Counted from the first letter of the stretch, positions 9,592-19,222 are shown. The stretch is 64,000 bases of DNA from Candidatus Woesearchaeota archaeon (GCA_018696595.1 JABHQW010000002.1:1-64000); one strand, 5' to 3'. Notes: generated by a model from the letters alone, not told the origin. A program made the numbers and translations.

Positions 9592-10910
9592 TGTTTAATT
9601 CTGCCGAAAACTATTTTTTGTGTTTGGTAACTAACACTAGTTAATTTACTGAGTCCCAATCCTAAATTATCATAGTGTAATATTGGGTCGTGGCCATTAA
9701 ATATTCTTTCAGCATCTTCTTTTTCTTTTCTTTGAGTAGCAGATAAATCATTTACATCTTCTAACAGAACAACAACATGCCAATAACGATTACTATTTTG
9801 GTCAGCAAAGAAAACTAAATCTCCTTGTTGGACATCTTGGTCATATTTTAATTGGGCAGTGTTTCCTTCTAAATCTGTAATCTCTCCATTTTGGTGTAAT
9901 AGGTATTCATCAGAATATTCTGTTTGTTGTCTTAATCCATCCGCATTTGTGTATTTGTACTTTCTATTCAAATGTCTTGCTGCTCCGACAATTAAATCTG
10001 CACAATCAAATCCTAAATATAATTCTGTTTGGTGAGATCTTTGTGAGTGAGAATGATTTAAACTAGCAGAACCATAAATCCCTGGAACGTTGAAGTATGA
10101 AGTTGTCCAACCCAGAAATGTTTCATCTAACAGATAACAGATTCTTAACACATCACTTTTGATTCCACCCCTTTTTACATTATTGTGGTTGGGGGTGTTC
10201 CATGATTTATCATTTATTCTCAGTTCTAAACTAAAGCGCATTGTTCCTAACTCAAAATTATGGTTTTGCTTAGTGGGTTTAGCATCTGCAAGAATTCGTT
10301 GTAATCCTTTAGTTTTTTCAACTTGTGAGCTGGCGTAATTAATCTTATCTATCCCTAACCATTTTCTAGTATCAGGGTCAGAATTCTCATAAGGAAAATG
10401 AGAATCAATTAATGGTTCAACTTTAGACCATTGCATTATAACGTGTTCTAATTTTGCTCTTGTTTCTTTATTGGGATTAGTTCTAATGTTTTTTCCTTTT
10501 ATTTTTATTTCTGGTGCACTAGAATAATATTCAACTTCTTTACCATTTTTTACCATAACTACAGGATAAAGAAAAATTTCTTCTTTCCCGAATATTGCAT
10601 TCTTTGGTTTATGTGAGGGGGTTTCTTTTTCTACACCAGAAAGAACGAAAACTTGATCAACTTTCTCTTCTAATTCTGAAAGGGCTTCTTTTTCTTCTTT
10701 CATTTTTTCTTTGACGCTAAATTCTTCGAATTTTTCTATTCTTTTTTCTATTCTTCCTATTATTCCTTCTGTATAATGTCCTATTTCTTGAATCTTGGAA
10801 CGCGGAGTAGGAATAGTGAAGCCAATATCTATTGGAGAACCTAATGTTAATCCTAAATAAGTAGCCAAAACCACAAGTAAATTCGGGGGAGTAATAAACA
10901 TTATATTCAT
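9588..10910 (-). CDS. Exported NlpC/P60-like (papain-fold) protein
   Basis: N-terminal hydrophobic segment LLVVLATYLGLTL, plus motifs GFDCADLI, QGDLVFF and YWHVVVL. Confidence 0.65.
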   Translation of the reverse strand: MNIMFITPPNLLVVLATYLGLTLGSPIDIGFTIPTPRSKIQEIGHYTEGIIGRIEKRIEKFEEFSVKEKMKEEKEALSELEEKVDQVFVLSGVEKETPSHKPKNAIFGKEEIFLYPVVMVKNGKEVEYYSSAPEIKIKGKNIRTNPNKETRAKLEHVIMQWSKVEPLIDSHFPYENSDPDTRKWLGIDKINYASSQVEKTKGLQRILADAKPTKQNHNFELGTMRFSLELRINDKSWNTPNHNNVKRGGIKSDVLRICYLLDETFLGWTTSYFNVPGIYGSASLNHSHSQRSHQTELYLGFDCADLIVGAARHLNRKYKYTNADGLRQQTEYSDEYLLHQNGEITDLEGNTAQLKYDQDVQQGDLVFFADQNSNRYWHVVVLLEDVNDLSATQRKEKEDAERIFNGHDPILHYDNLGLGLSKLTSVSYQTQKIVFGRIKH

Positions 10911-11013
10911 TTTATAATATGAATTATTTAAACTTGACTATTCTCTAGTAGTACTAAGGGGTTGTTGTTGTCAATGGGTAGATTTATTAATTTTATCAAT
11001 TTATATCTATTCA

Positions 11014-12231
11014 ATGGACATTTATCAACCCGCTGAGGATTCGTATTTATTACAAAAACATGTTAAGAAATATGCTTTTGGTAGGGTTTTAGATCTTGGA
11101 ACGGGGTCTGGAATACAAGCTTTAACTGCTATTAAGAATAAAGAAGTTCGAGAAGTTGTTGCTGTTGATGTCAATAAAAATGCAATTGAAGAATTGAACA
11201 ATAAAGTTAAAAGTGAGAAAATAAGAAAAGTAAAAGTTATTTTTAGTCATTTGTTCTCAAATGTAAGAAATAAATTTGACACAATTATTTTTAATCCCCC
11301 TTATTTACCACAAGATAAAGTTGGTAAAGAGATTATTGAAGATGCTGCCCTTTATGGTGGGAAGCATGGTTGGGAGTTATCTGAATTTTTTTTCTCTGAA
11401 GTTAGTAATTATTTAGTTGCTAACGGGAAAATATTATTTTTGTTTTCTTCTTTAACTAACAAAAAGAAAATTGAAGAAATTATCTTTGAGAACTTGTTAG
11501 AATTTAAAGAGTTGATTCAGGAGAAACAACCAATGTTTGAAACATTATATGTTTATTTGATTGAGAAAAGTAAATTGTTACGTGAATTAGAAAGAAAGAA
11601 CATTTCTTCGATTAAATATTTAACTCACGGGAAGCGGGGAAATATCTTTATTGGTATTCTTGATAAAAGTAAGTTTATTAAATCTCATTTTGCTCGAAAA
11701 AATGAAGTTAAAGTAGGAATCAAAGTTAAAAGAGAAGAAAGTTTAGCTGTTGAAAGAATGAGAAATGAAGCTAATTGGTTGAAAGTTTTAAATCGTAAGG
11801 GGATTGGTCCAAAATTTGTTTTTTCTGGGAAAGATTATTTAGTATATGAATTTGTTGAAGGGGAATTTGTGTTAGACTGGATTGTAGATCGAAATGGAAA
11901 AGAGGTTATAGGGATGTTAACTAAAGTTTTAGAACAATGTTTTGTTATGGATAAATTGATGGTTAACAAAGAAGAAATGCATCGCCCTCACAAACATATT
12001 ATTGTTGATAGATTTAATGAAGTAACTATGCTTGATTTTGAAAGATGTAGCAAAACCGAAAAACCTAAGAATGTTACTCAGTTTGTAGAATTCATTTGTC
12101 GGTTGAAAGAAGAGTTGTCTCGGAAAAATATTAATGTTGATGTTGAGCAGTTAAGGAAATTATCTCGGATTTATAAAAAAGAAATTAGTTTAGGTAATTT
12201 TAATTTAATAAAAAGTAGTATTTCCTTCTAA
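11014..12231 (+). CDS. HemK/PrmC-type SAM methyltransferase fused to an archaeal Ser/Thr kinase-like domain
   Basis: N-terminal YQPAEDS, VLDLGTGSG and FNPPY. C-terminal HGKRG, GIGPK, YEFVEG, NKEEMHRPHKHII and LDFE. Confidence 0.8.
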   Translation: MDIYQPAEDSYLLQKHVKKYAFGRVLDLGTGSGIQALTAIKNKEVREVVAVDVNKNAIEELNNKVKSEKIRKVKVIFSHLFSNVRNKFDTIIFNPPYLPQDKVGKEIIEDAALYGGKHGWELSEFFFSEVSNYLVANGKILFLFSSLTNKKKIEEIIFENLLEFKELIQEKQPMFETLYVYLIEKSKLLRELERKNISSIKYLTHGKRGNIFIGILDKSKFIKSHFARKNEVKVGIKVKREESLAVERMRNEANWLKVLNRKGIGPKFVFSGKDYLVYEFVEGEFVLDWIVDRNGKEVIGMLTKVLEQCFVMDKLMVNKEEMHRPHKHIIVDRFNEVTMLDFERCSKTEKPKNVTQFVEFICRLKEELSRKNINVDVEQLRKLSRIYKKEISLGNFNLIKSSISF

Positions 12232-12852
12232 ATTAATTCCTTGTTTAAGTTCTACTGGGCGCCAATTGTCCTGTACTAACTTTGCTCCTAACCAGGCCGC
12301 AAGTTCCTCTGGGTTACCGATCGTCGCTGAGAGGCCAATTATTTGTGGTTTGATTAATTGTTTCAGTAGTGTGATGATGATTTCTAAAGTTGGTCCTCTA
12401 CTAGGGTCGTTCAAAAGATGAATCTCGTCAATTACTACAGTTTTAACTTCATTAATCCAAGAAATTCTGTGTCTAAGTAAAGAATCTAATTTCTCTGTTG
12501 TTAATATTAAGAGATCATAATTTGCTAAGTAAGAGGATTCGGAATCAATATCTCCTGTTGATTGGACAACTTTATAATTTGTGTTTTCTAATAGGTTCTG
12601 GTACTCTTTGAATTTTTCATTAGCTAATGCTTTTAATGGAACAAGATAAATGGCTTTCCCTTCTTTTAGTACGTTAGTGATGGCCATTGTTGCTACTAAG
12701 GTTTTCCCACTAGCGGTTGGGGCACAGATTAATAATGATTCTTCTTTTAGAAGGTTTGCTTTAACAGCTTTTTCTTGTATTGGTGTTAAAGTTGGAAATT
12801 TAGTATAATGTTCTTTAAAGTAATTTGGTAAATGCAACTCTTTTATTAGCAT
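12205..12852 (-). CDS. Hel308/Ski2-like DEAH helicase, first RecA domain only (truncated or split)
   Basis: Q motif LTPIQ, Walker A APTASGKT, DEIH and GLSATIGN, ending at WRPVEL. Only 215 aa, with no RecA2 domain. Confidence 0.75.
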   Translation of the reverse strand: MLIKELHLPNYFKEHYTKFPTLTPIQEKAVKANLLKEESLLICAPTASGKTLVATMAITNVLKEGKAIYLVPLKALANEKFKEYQNLLENTNYKVVQSTGDIDSESSYLANYDLLILTTEKLDSLLRHRISWINEVKTVVIDEIHLLNDPSRGPTLEIIITLLKQLIKPQIIGLSATIGNPEELAAWLGAKLVQDNWRPVELKQGINLEGNTTFY

Positions 12853-12900
12853 AGGGTTAATTTTAGTAGGGTTATTTAAAATTGTTTTGTTAGAAATCTA

Positions 12901-13221
12901 TTAAGTAGAAGTACAAAAACAAGTATATTCTCCTTCAAATATTTCACTACAAGAGATTAGTTTTGTTTCATGTTTTGCAAGAATACAAGTTTGTTTAACT
13001 TTAGCACAAGCAAAATTGCAATTTATTTTTTCGTCTCCTGTTACGACAGTTGCACCATTAATCATGTTTAACACTCCATCTATTGTTGGTACTGAACTAG
13101 CTGCTTTCCCTGTCACATTAACATAACTTGCTAACATTAATAGAATACAAAGTACTGAAACTATCATTACTGCGATTACCATTGTTTCGTCCCAGCGATG
13201 TTTATTTTTTGTTTTTTTCAT
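12901..13221 (-). CDS. Small membrane-anchored Cys-rich protein (start moved to 13221)
   Basis: Basic N-terminus, one TM helix, VTGKAA motif and a C-terminal Cys-rich domain shared with its neighbours. Confidence 0.65.
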   Translation of the reverse strand: MKKTKNKHRWDETMVIAVMIVSVLCILLMLASYVNVTGKAASSVPTIDGVLNMINGATVVTGDEKINCNFACAKVKQTCILAKHETKLISCSEIFEGEYTCFCTST

Positions 13222-13225
13222 TTTT

Positions 13226-16200
13226 TTAACAGCAAGTACATTTAGATGATCCTTCTTGATCACATTGGCCTGCGTTTGTAAATATACAAACTTTATTTTG
13301 ATTTGCACAAATCTCGTCGCAGATTCCTTCTTCTTTAACAACTTGGCATTTGTTTAATTCTTCTAATATCTCTTTGTATGAATATATTAATTGTGGTGGT
13401 TCTTGTGGTTCGATTGGTGCTAATCCTGCTTTTGGTGCAGAAACACACTGGTTGTTATAACAAACTGATTCTGTTTGGGAGCTACATGATTGTAAGTTAC
13501 AATCATCATCTTCACAATCAGTTAGGCCGTCATTGTCTTCATCAATTTCTCCAAAGCATACATCTTCTGGCGGATAACAATGTTTTATTGTTGTGGCGTT
13601 TCCGTTACAAGAGAATCCTTCTGGGCACTGTGCGTTGGAGTCACAAACACAAGAACCATCATCACAACCAAGGGGGCAGATAAATTGTTTATACTTTACT
13701 TCAAACTCGCTAGAACAGAATCCTTCTATTAGTCTATCTCCAGAGAAGCAAAAGTCTTCATTATCTTTTTTCTCCCAGGCAAAAATATCTTCGTTATATT
13801 CGGAACCATTAGCAAAACCTTTTATGTAATATGATAGTTCAAATATGTTTTCTGGGCCATTTCCATTATTGAAATTGTCTTCGTCAATACAACAAAACAT
13901 CCCGTCTGGGCCTTCTTTTCCAATACAATCTTCATCCCAACAATCTATTTTTCCATCTTTATCATCATCAATATTATTGTCACAATCTTCGGGAAAGAAT
14001 GGATAACATAAGTTTCCATATCCCATAATTACTTCTTTATAACAAACTGAAGGGTTTAATCCGTCCGCACATAATGGGTAATCTGCTGGGCAATCACTGT
14101 CTTCTGAACAAACTGGGCTGTTTTCCATTACTGGAGCAGATTTATTAGGAACATTCTTTTCACAATAGTTTCCAATAGGACAATCACTATCAGCTTCACA
14201 AGTACATTGGCCTTTAAAACAATCAAACTCACATTCTACGTCTTCTTCTTTAATTTCTAATCCATCTGCCGCACAATAAAATTCTCTCAATGTTTTATCT
14301 TCTGAAGGTAAACAGAAGTCAGTTTTATCATATATTTTATTAGCTAGGTAATTATTGATGTACCTATATCCAGAAAGATCTCCATGTTTGAAAGATGTAA
14401 TCGGATCTAATATTCCCGGTAAAATTCCTTTGTTTTTACTATCTTCATCCATACAACAGAAACCTTCTTCTTCAATCTCTACATAAATTTCTTCTGTGTA
14501 ATCTACCCATTCCCCTTGTCCTTCACAATTACTGAATCCAAACTTATCTGCTAAACAACGACAGATTCCATATACACAGGGTTGATTAATATTTAAACCC
14601 TGATCAAATGGACAATCTGAATTTCCGTTAAAACATAAACCATTCTCATCACATAATTCCTCATCTAAATTATTATTTGCAGAACAACTAACGTGGTCTT
14701 GGTATTTTTGTTTTGTTTCTTCTTGTAATTCTAATGTTGTAATTATTGTTGGATCTCCTGCACAATCTAAGTCCATACAATCGGTTAATCCGTCTCCATC
14801 ATTATCTACTTTATCTCCACATTGGTACCAATTCTCTTTAGACTTACAGGCATCATTATAAGCACAATCATCTTCATCATCACAATCTACAAAGCCATCT
14901 TCATCGTTGTCTATGTTGTCTGAACAGCTTGTTTCTTCTCCACCGCAAATATAATGGAATGAACAATCATTATCGTCACAATTCTTTAGTCCGTCTCCGT
15001 CGTTGTCGAAAACATCTATACAGATATCTTCTGTACATTCTCCTCCTCCCTCTGTATATTGACACTTTCCAGTTGGTAATATAATTCCATTGAAAAATGA
15101 ATTTGCACAAGCTTTTTGATTACAATCAGGATCTTCACAATCCTCTAAGCCGTCATTATCATCATCAACACCATTTAAACAATTTGATTCAACACAAACG
15201 TGCTTTTGGAAATGACATTTGGCTCCAACTTCACAGCCATAATCTGTTTCTCCTAACCAGTCTGGGCTAACTTTTATTGGGAAGTTTGGTAAACAACAAG
15301 TTTCTCCATTTGATTTAACTTCTCCTGCACAATCAGGGTCACTACAATCAGCTAAGTACCAACAGTAACCATTAGGACAGTCTGCATCATTGAAACAGGT
15401 TTCTCCATCATTTTCTCCGCCAGCACATTCATAACCATCATTACTAAAATCATCTTCACAATTTCCAGATTCTGTACAGGTGGGAGAAATTCCACAATCT
15501 GGGTCTTGACAATCTGTTAAAGCAAGACATTCTCCTCCCCCTAAACATTCCGAATCAGAATTACAAGGTTTGCCAATACTGCCTACAAATCCACCAAAAC
15601 ATTCTTTACCATCATTATCAATTCCATCTTCACAATTAACTTCTGTACAAGAACCAATTGGATTTATAGCTCCCCAAAACTTTTTTTCTTGACAAGTTGC
15701 ACTTTCTTCTGCTCCTGCGATAGAACAACTTTGTTCTAAACAATCAGAATCTTGACAGTTCCAATCTCCATCTTGGTCCTCGTCAAAGGAATTCTCAGAA
15801 CAGACCATTTCTTTACATTCTTGATTAACACATTTTGCTAATGCTGGGTTTCCAGTATTATCGCATCCTTGATTATTACAATCAGAATCTTTACAATCAA
15901 TGTTTAAATCACAAATCCCCTCTAAATCACAGTTACAGGTGAATAGGTCATTATTATCATTGTCTCCTTCTCCATCATTTAATGAAAAACAATCTTCGTC
16001 ATTATCCCATTGGTCGTAACATATTAATTCTTTCTTCTTTCCCCCTTCACATTTCCATCCTTCATCTTCTGAGATGAAGCCTTCGTTTTCTGGTAATGTA
16101 CAAGCATCTATCTCTTTGGGGTCTATTTCTTCAATATTGCATTCTTCTATTTTCGTGTTATCATTAGTTATTGTTATTGCTCCATATTGGTTCTCTATTT

Positions 16201-17644
16201 TACATACATCACCATACATTTCTAGTTTGTTATAATTTGGATCTACTGGGGATAAACACTCAAAATCTTCAAGTTGACCATAACAAGGGTAATTTCCTTT
16301 TTCATCTTTTAACCATTGTTTACAATCTTCATTCACTTCTAAAAAGCTTACTGGGCAATTTCCTTTTGTGCCACAATCAATTCCACAATCAGGGTCCTCA
16401 CAATCAGTTTTTAAATCTCCATCGTTATCACTATTATCAGAGCAATCTGTTTCATGACAAACTCCCTCAACTAATTTTGCTCCTGGAAGATAACATTGTT
16501 CTTGAACTTCTTCTGAACAAACTGGTTCTTGTTTTCCTCCCAATAAAGTTTTTGTACTGCATTTTTTAAACGAGATTGTATTTGCATTATCCAAAAAGAT
16601 GGAATAATCTTGTGTATTCATTAAGTAATCTTGCCCCTCTTGATCTAAATTATTGAAAAACACGCAGAACTCCGGCAAATCTCGACATGTTGCAGCAAAA
16701 CTCACTACATTTGACCAAGCCCAGTAGTAATCCCCTCCAGGAGGAGACTCAAACGGAGGAAGATAAAAACATTTATTATTAATACACTTGTGATTTGGAC
16801 CTTCTTCATCTACGCAAGTATCATCATTATCACAATTCGTGTTCGTGATATAGGTGTCTTTTTGATCACAAAAAAAATTCATACACTGACCTTCTTCACA
16901 TTTTGCATAAGTAGGATGGCCTGTTCCAACACAATCAATTTTCTCTTCACATTCTCGAGAACAACAAGTCCCATCATAATAACACCTATCTGTTTCTTTA
17001 GTATAACCTGGCCCTTGGCCTTGTTCCATTGTTTGACCTTCTAATAGTCCCTCAAACTTAAAATCTTCACCAATAAAAAATAATCCGTATTTAATAAACC
17101 CGAGGGAGGGGTTTGGTTCCGTGGGAACTAACTTTATACTGTTGATAATATCATTCACTTCTATTTCAAAGATTTGAAGTGATCCTCCATGTTCACAGGC
17201 AATCCTTTTATCATTTGAATTTGCACAATTTCCATTTAGATCAATTTCTGTTATTTCCCCATTTGAAAGTTCTACTTGGATTATCAAGTCTTGTTCATTT
17301 ATTGCTTTGCCTAAGAAAATAATTGCTTTATCAATGAAAACCCCAAAAGGTGGCAAGTTTTGGAAATCCCAAGATTTCACGAAAAGTTGCCCTTTATATG
17401 TTTGGTCGCAACTAAGAGTATATCCTTCTGGTAAATTACTAGATATCTTTGCCTGAATGTCTGAAGGAATATATTTGATTTCTTGTGTTACTCCTGTTTT
17501 CACATCAAAATAACCATTGGGGTATTGGAGATTTGATGTAAAAAAGTGATGGCATTCAGTAGTTACATAATCGTTATCAGCAACTACAATAGAACTAACT
17601 AATAAGAACAAGACTATTAAAACTATACTGATCCCTCTTTTCAT
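13226..17644 (-). CDS. Very large secreted Cys/Asp-rich repeat protein (about 1470 aa)
   Basis: Signal peptide MKRGISIVLIVLFLLVSSIVVA and about 11 C-x-D/N-x2-DNDxDGxxDC-x-D-x-DC repeats. Track start is 17659. Confidence 0.85.
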   Translation of the reverse strand: MKRGISIVLIVLFLLVSSIVVADNDYVTTECHHFFTSNLQYPNGYFDVKTGVTQEIKYIPSDIQAKISSNLPEGYTLSCDQTYKGQLFVKSWDFQNLPPFGVFIDKAIIFLGKAINEQDLIIQVELSNGEITEIDLNGNCANSNDKRIACEHGGSLQIFEIEVNDIINSIKLVPTEPNPSLGFIKYGLFFIGEDFKFEGLLEGQTMEQGQGPGYTKETDRCYYDGTCCSRECEEKIDCVGTGHPTYAKCEEGQCMNFFCDQKDTYITNTNCDNDDTCVDEEGPNHKCINNKCFYLPPFESPPGGDYYWAWSNVVSFAATCRDLPEFCVFFNNLDQEGQDYLMNTQDYSIFLDNANTISFKKCSTKTLLGGKQEPVCSEEVQEQCYLPGAKLVEGVCHETDCSDNSDNDGDLKTDCEDPDCGIDCGTKGNCPVSFLEVNEDCKQWLKDEKGNYPCYGQLEDFECLSPVDPNYNKLEMYGDVCKIENQYGAITITNDNTKIEECNIEEIDPKEIDACTLPENEGFISEDEGWKCEGGKKKELICYDQWDNDEDCFSLNDGEGDNDNNDLFTCNCDLEGICDLNIDCKDSDCNNQGCDNTGNPALAKCVNQECKEMVCSENSFDEDQDGDWNCQDSDCLEQSCSIAGAEESATCQEKKFWGAINPIGSCTEVNCEDGIDNDGKECFGGFVGSIGKPCNSDSECLGGGECLALTDCQDPDCGISPTCTESGNCEDDFSNDGYECAGGENDGETCFNDADCPNGYCWYLADCSDPDCAGEVKSNGETCCLPNFPIKVSPDWLGETDYGCEVGAKCHFQKHVCVESNCLNGVDDDNDGLEDCEDPDCNQKACANSFFNGIILPTGKCQYTEGGGECTEDICIDVFDNDGDGLKNCDDNDCSFHYICGGEETSCSDNIDNDEDGFVDCDDEDDCAYNDACKSKENWYQCGDKVDNDGDGLTDCMDLDCAGDPTIITTLELQEETKQKYQDHVSCSANNNLDEELCDENGLCFNGNSDCPFDQGLNINQPCVYGICRCLADKFGFSNCEGQGEWVDYTEEIYVEIEEEGFCCMDEDSKNKGILPGILDPITSFKHGDLSGYRYINNYLANKIYDKTDFCLPSEDKTLREFYCAADGLEIKEEDVECEFDCFKGQCTCEADSDCPIGNYCEKNVPNKSAPVMENSPVCSEDSDCPADYPLCADGLNPSVCYKEVIMGYGNLCYPFFPEDCDNNIDDDKDGKIDCWDEDCIGKEGPDGMFCCIDEDNFNNGNGPENIFELSYYIKGFANGSEYNEDIFAWEKKDNEDFCFSGDRLIEGFCSSEFEVKYKQFICPLGCDDGSCVCDSNAQCPEGFSCNGNATTIKHCYPPEDVCFGEIDEDNDGLTDCEDDDCNLQSCSSQTESVCYNNQCVSAPKAGLAPIEPQEPPQLIYSYKEILEELNKCQVVKEEGICDEICANQNKVCIFTNAGQCDQEGSSKCTCC

Positions 17645-17689
17645 AATACTCATTAACAAATAATTTAATTATATAAAGTTATCGAAAAA

Positions 17690-18784
17690 CTAGTTACTAA
17701 TTACAAATCTATAAACATCTACTTTATCTCCTTCTGGGGCAGTTCCAACAACTCCTATTAACGTTTCTCCATCATAAGCAAGATCAAAAATGTATTGTTC
17801 GTTTCCAAAAAACTGATCTAAGCTAAATTTATTTCCTTGGTTAAAAGGTTCTTCTGCTTCTGGAATAAGTTCCCACACTTTTCTTTGTGCGGCAACCCAA
17901 ATCTTTTCTTCATCCCATCCCAATCCCATATAACCAGAAACATAGTGGACTTCGTCAAGCAATTCTCCTTCTTCATCCATTTTATAAAATCTCATATCTT
18001 TACCACTAACCCATAAATGGTCTTCCACAGAAACTATTCCCCAACAATTGTCTTTTGGTAAAGGAAAAGAAGAAAGAACATCCCCCTCTTGATTGACTTT
18101 GTAAGCGTAAGTTAGTTTTTCATCCACATTTTCAGATAAGTACCACAAATTGTCTCCTTGCCAAGTCATGGTTTTTACTTTATGTTGAACATCAATAGTA
18201 TCTTCGATATCTCCATCCAAACTAATTTTATAAATTTTATAATCTTCTAAATCACTAATCCAAAGACTTTTCCCATGATAAGTTATTCCATAACTATAAT
18301 AATCTGTTTCAAATAATTTTTCAACACATAATTTTCCTTCTAATTCTCCTAATACACAGTTTTCTTCAACAGTAATGTCTTGGTTTGAAATTGTGTCTTC
18401 TTGATTTGTTTCAACTTTGTAATCCTCAATAATTGTATCTACTGGGTTGACGTCTTCTTCGCTTTTTATATCCTCTACATTAACTTCTTCTCCAGCAACA
18501 ACATCGACAGAATCAATTGGAACACAACTGCCAAAAATTTCTCCTGGTTCTTTGTAACAGACACGATCTAAATCAGGACAATTTTCTTCATAATAACAAC
18601 CAGTCATCTCTATACATTCTCCTTCCAAACATATTTCTTTATTAGTTTCACATTGGTCATCTGAAAAACAATCAAAACCGGCTTCTTTACCGGAACAAGA
18701 ATATGCTGCAAAAGCTAATGCTAGAGAACTTACTAATAATTTACTTCCTACACTAAATTTGCTAACTAAATCTGCTAAACTCAT
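17690..18784 (-). CDS. Putative lipoprotein with Cys-rich N-terminus and YncE/glutaminyl-cyclase-like beta-propeller
   Basis: Lipobox-like AFAAYSC, and propeller-like repeats GITYHGKSLWISD, MTWQGDNLWY, GLGWDEEKIWVA and DLAYDGETLI. Confidence 0.65.
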   Translation of the reverse strand: MSLADLVSKFSVGSKLLVSSLALAFAAYSCSGKEAGFDCFSDDQCETNKEICLEGECIEMTGCYYEENCPDLDRVCYKEPGEIFGSCVPIDSVDVVAGEEVNVEDIKSEEDVNPVDTIIEDYKVETNQEDTISNQDITVEENCVLGELEGKLCVEKLFETDYYSYGITYHGKSLWISDLEDYKIYKISLDGDIEDTIDVQHKVKTMTWQGDNLWYLSENVDEKLTYAYKVNQEGDVLSSFPLPKDNCWGIVSVEDHLWVSGKDMRFYKMDEEGELLDEVHYVSGYMGLGWDEEKIWVAAQRKVWELIPEAEEPFNQGNKFSLDQFFGNEQYIFDLAYDGETLIGVVGTAPEGDKVDVYRFVISN

Positions 18785-18835
18785 TATAATCTTTCAGAAC
18801 GAGCTCAATATATAATAATTTTGTAACTGAACCAC

Positions 18836-19171
18836 TTATTTGGGATAATCACAACACCAGCAAGAAGTGTCTTCTTCTCCAGAATCAAAGTCACAGTTTT
18901 CTTCAACAGGTTTACAAATCTTGTCTCCACAAATATCATTGCAAACTCCTTTTCCAATAACTGGCCCACAATCATTTAATACAATAAGAACTCCTGCATA
19001 CGTTGGTATGTCTGGGTTTAATGTTAATGCTGCTCCTTTTATTGCTTCGACTCGATTGTCTGCTAAGTTTATAGAAATTATTGCTACTATTGCCACTAAT
19101 AAAACAGAACCTAAAATTAATCCGATCTCTTTTTTTTCTTTGCTGGAAATAGTCCTCTTTTTTTTCATCAA
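18836..19171 (-). CDS. Small membrane-anchored Cys-rich protein
   Basis: Basic N-terminus, TM helix and a C-terminal Cys-rich domain ending CWCC, similar to those of 12901 and 13226. Confidence 0.7.
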   Translation of the reverse strand: MMKKKRTISSKEKKEIGLILGSVLLVAIVAIISINLADNRVEAIKGAALTLNPDIPTYAGVLIVLNDCGPVIGKGVCNDICGDKICKPVEENCDFDSGEEDTSCWCCDYPK

Positions 19172-19222
19172 TGGTGGGAAAGAAATCTAACTATTTAAAT
19201 TTAACTCTCCTTAGATTTGGCG

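Noticed and set aside
4744-10910. Integrated provirus or plasmid at tRNA-Val
   Set aside because: No integrase or viral genes. The tRNA duplicate lies only 120 bp from the tRNA and includes trailer sequence, unlike a normal attL/attR pair.
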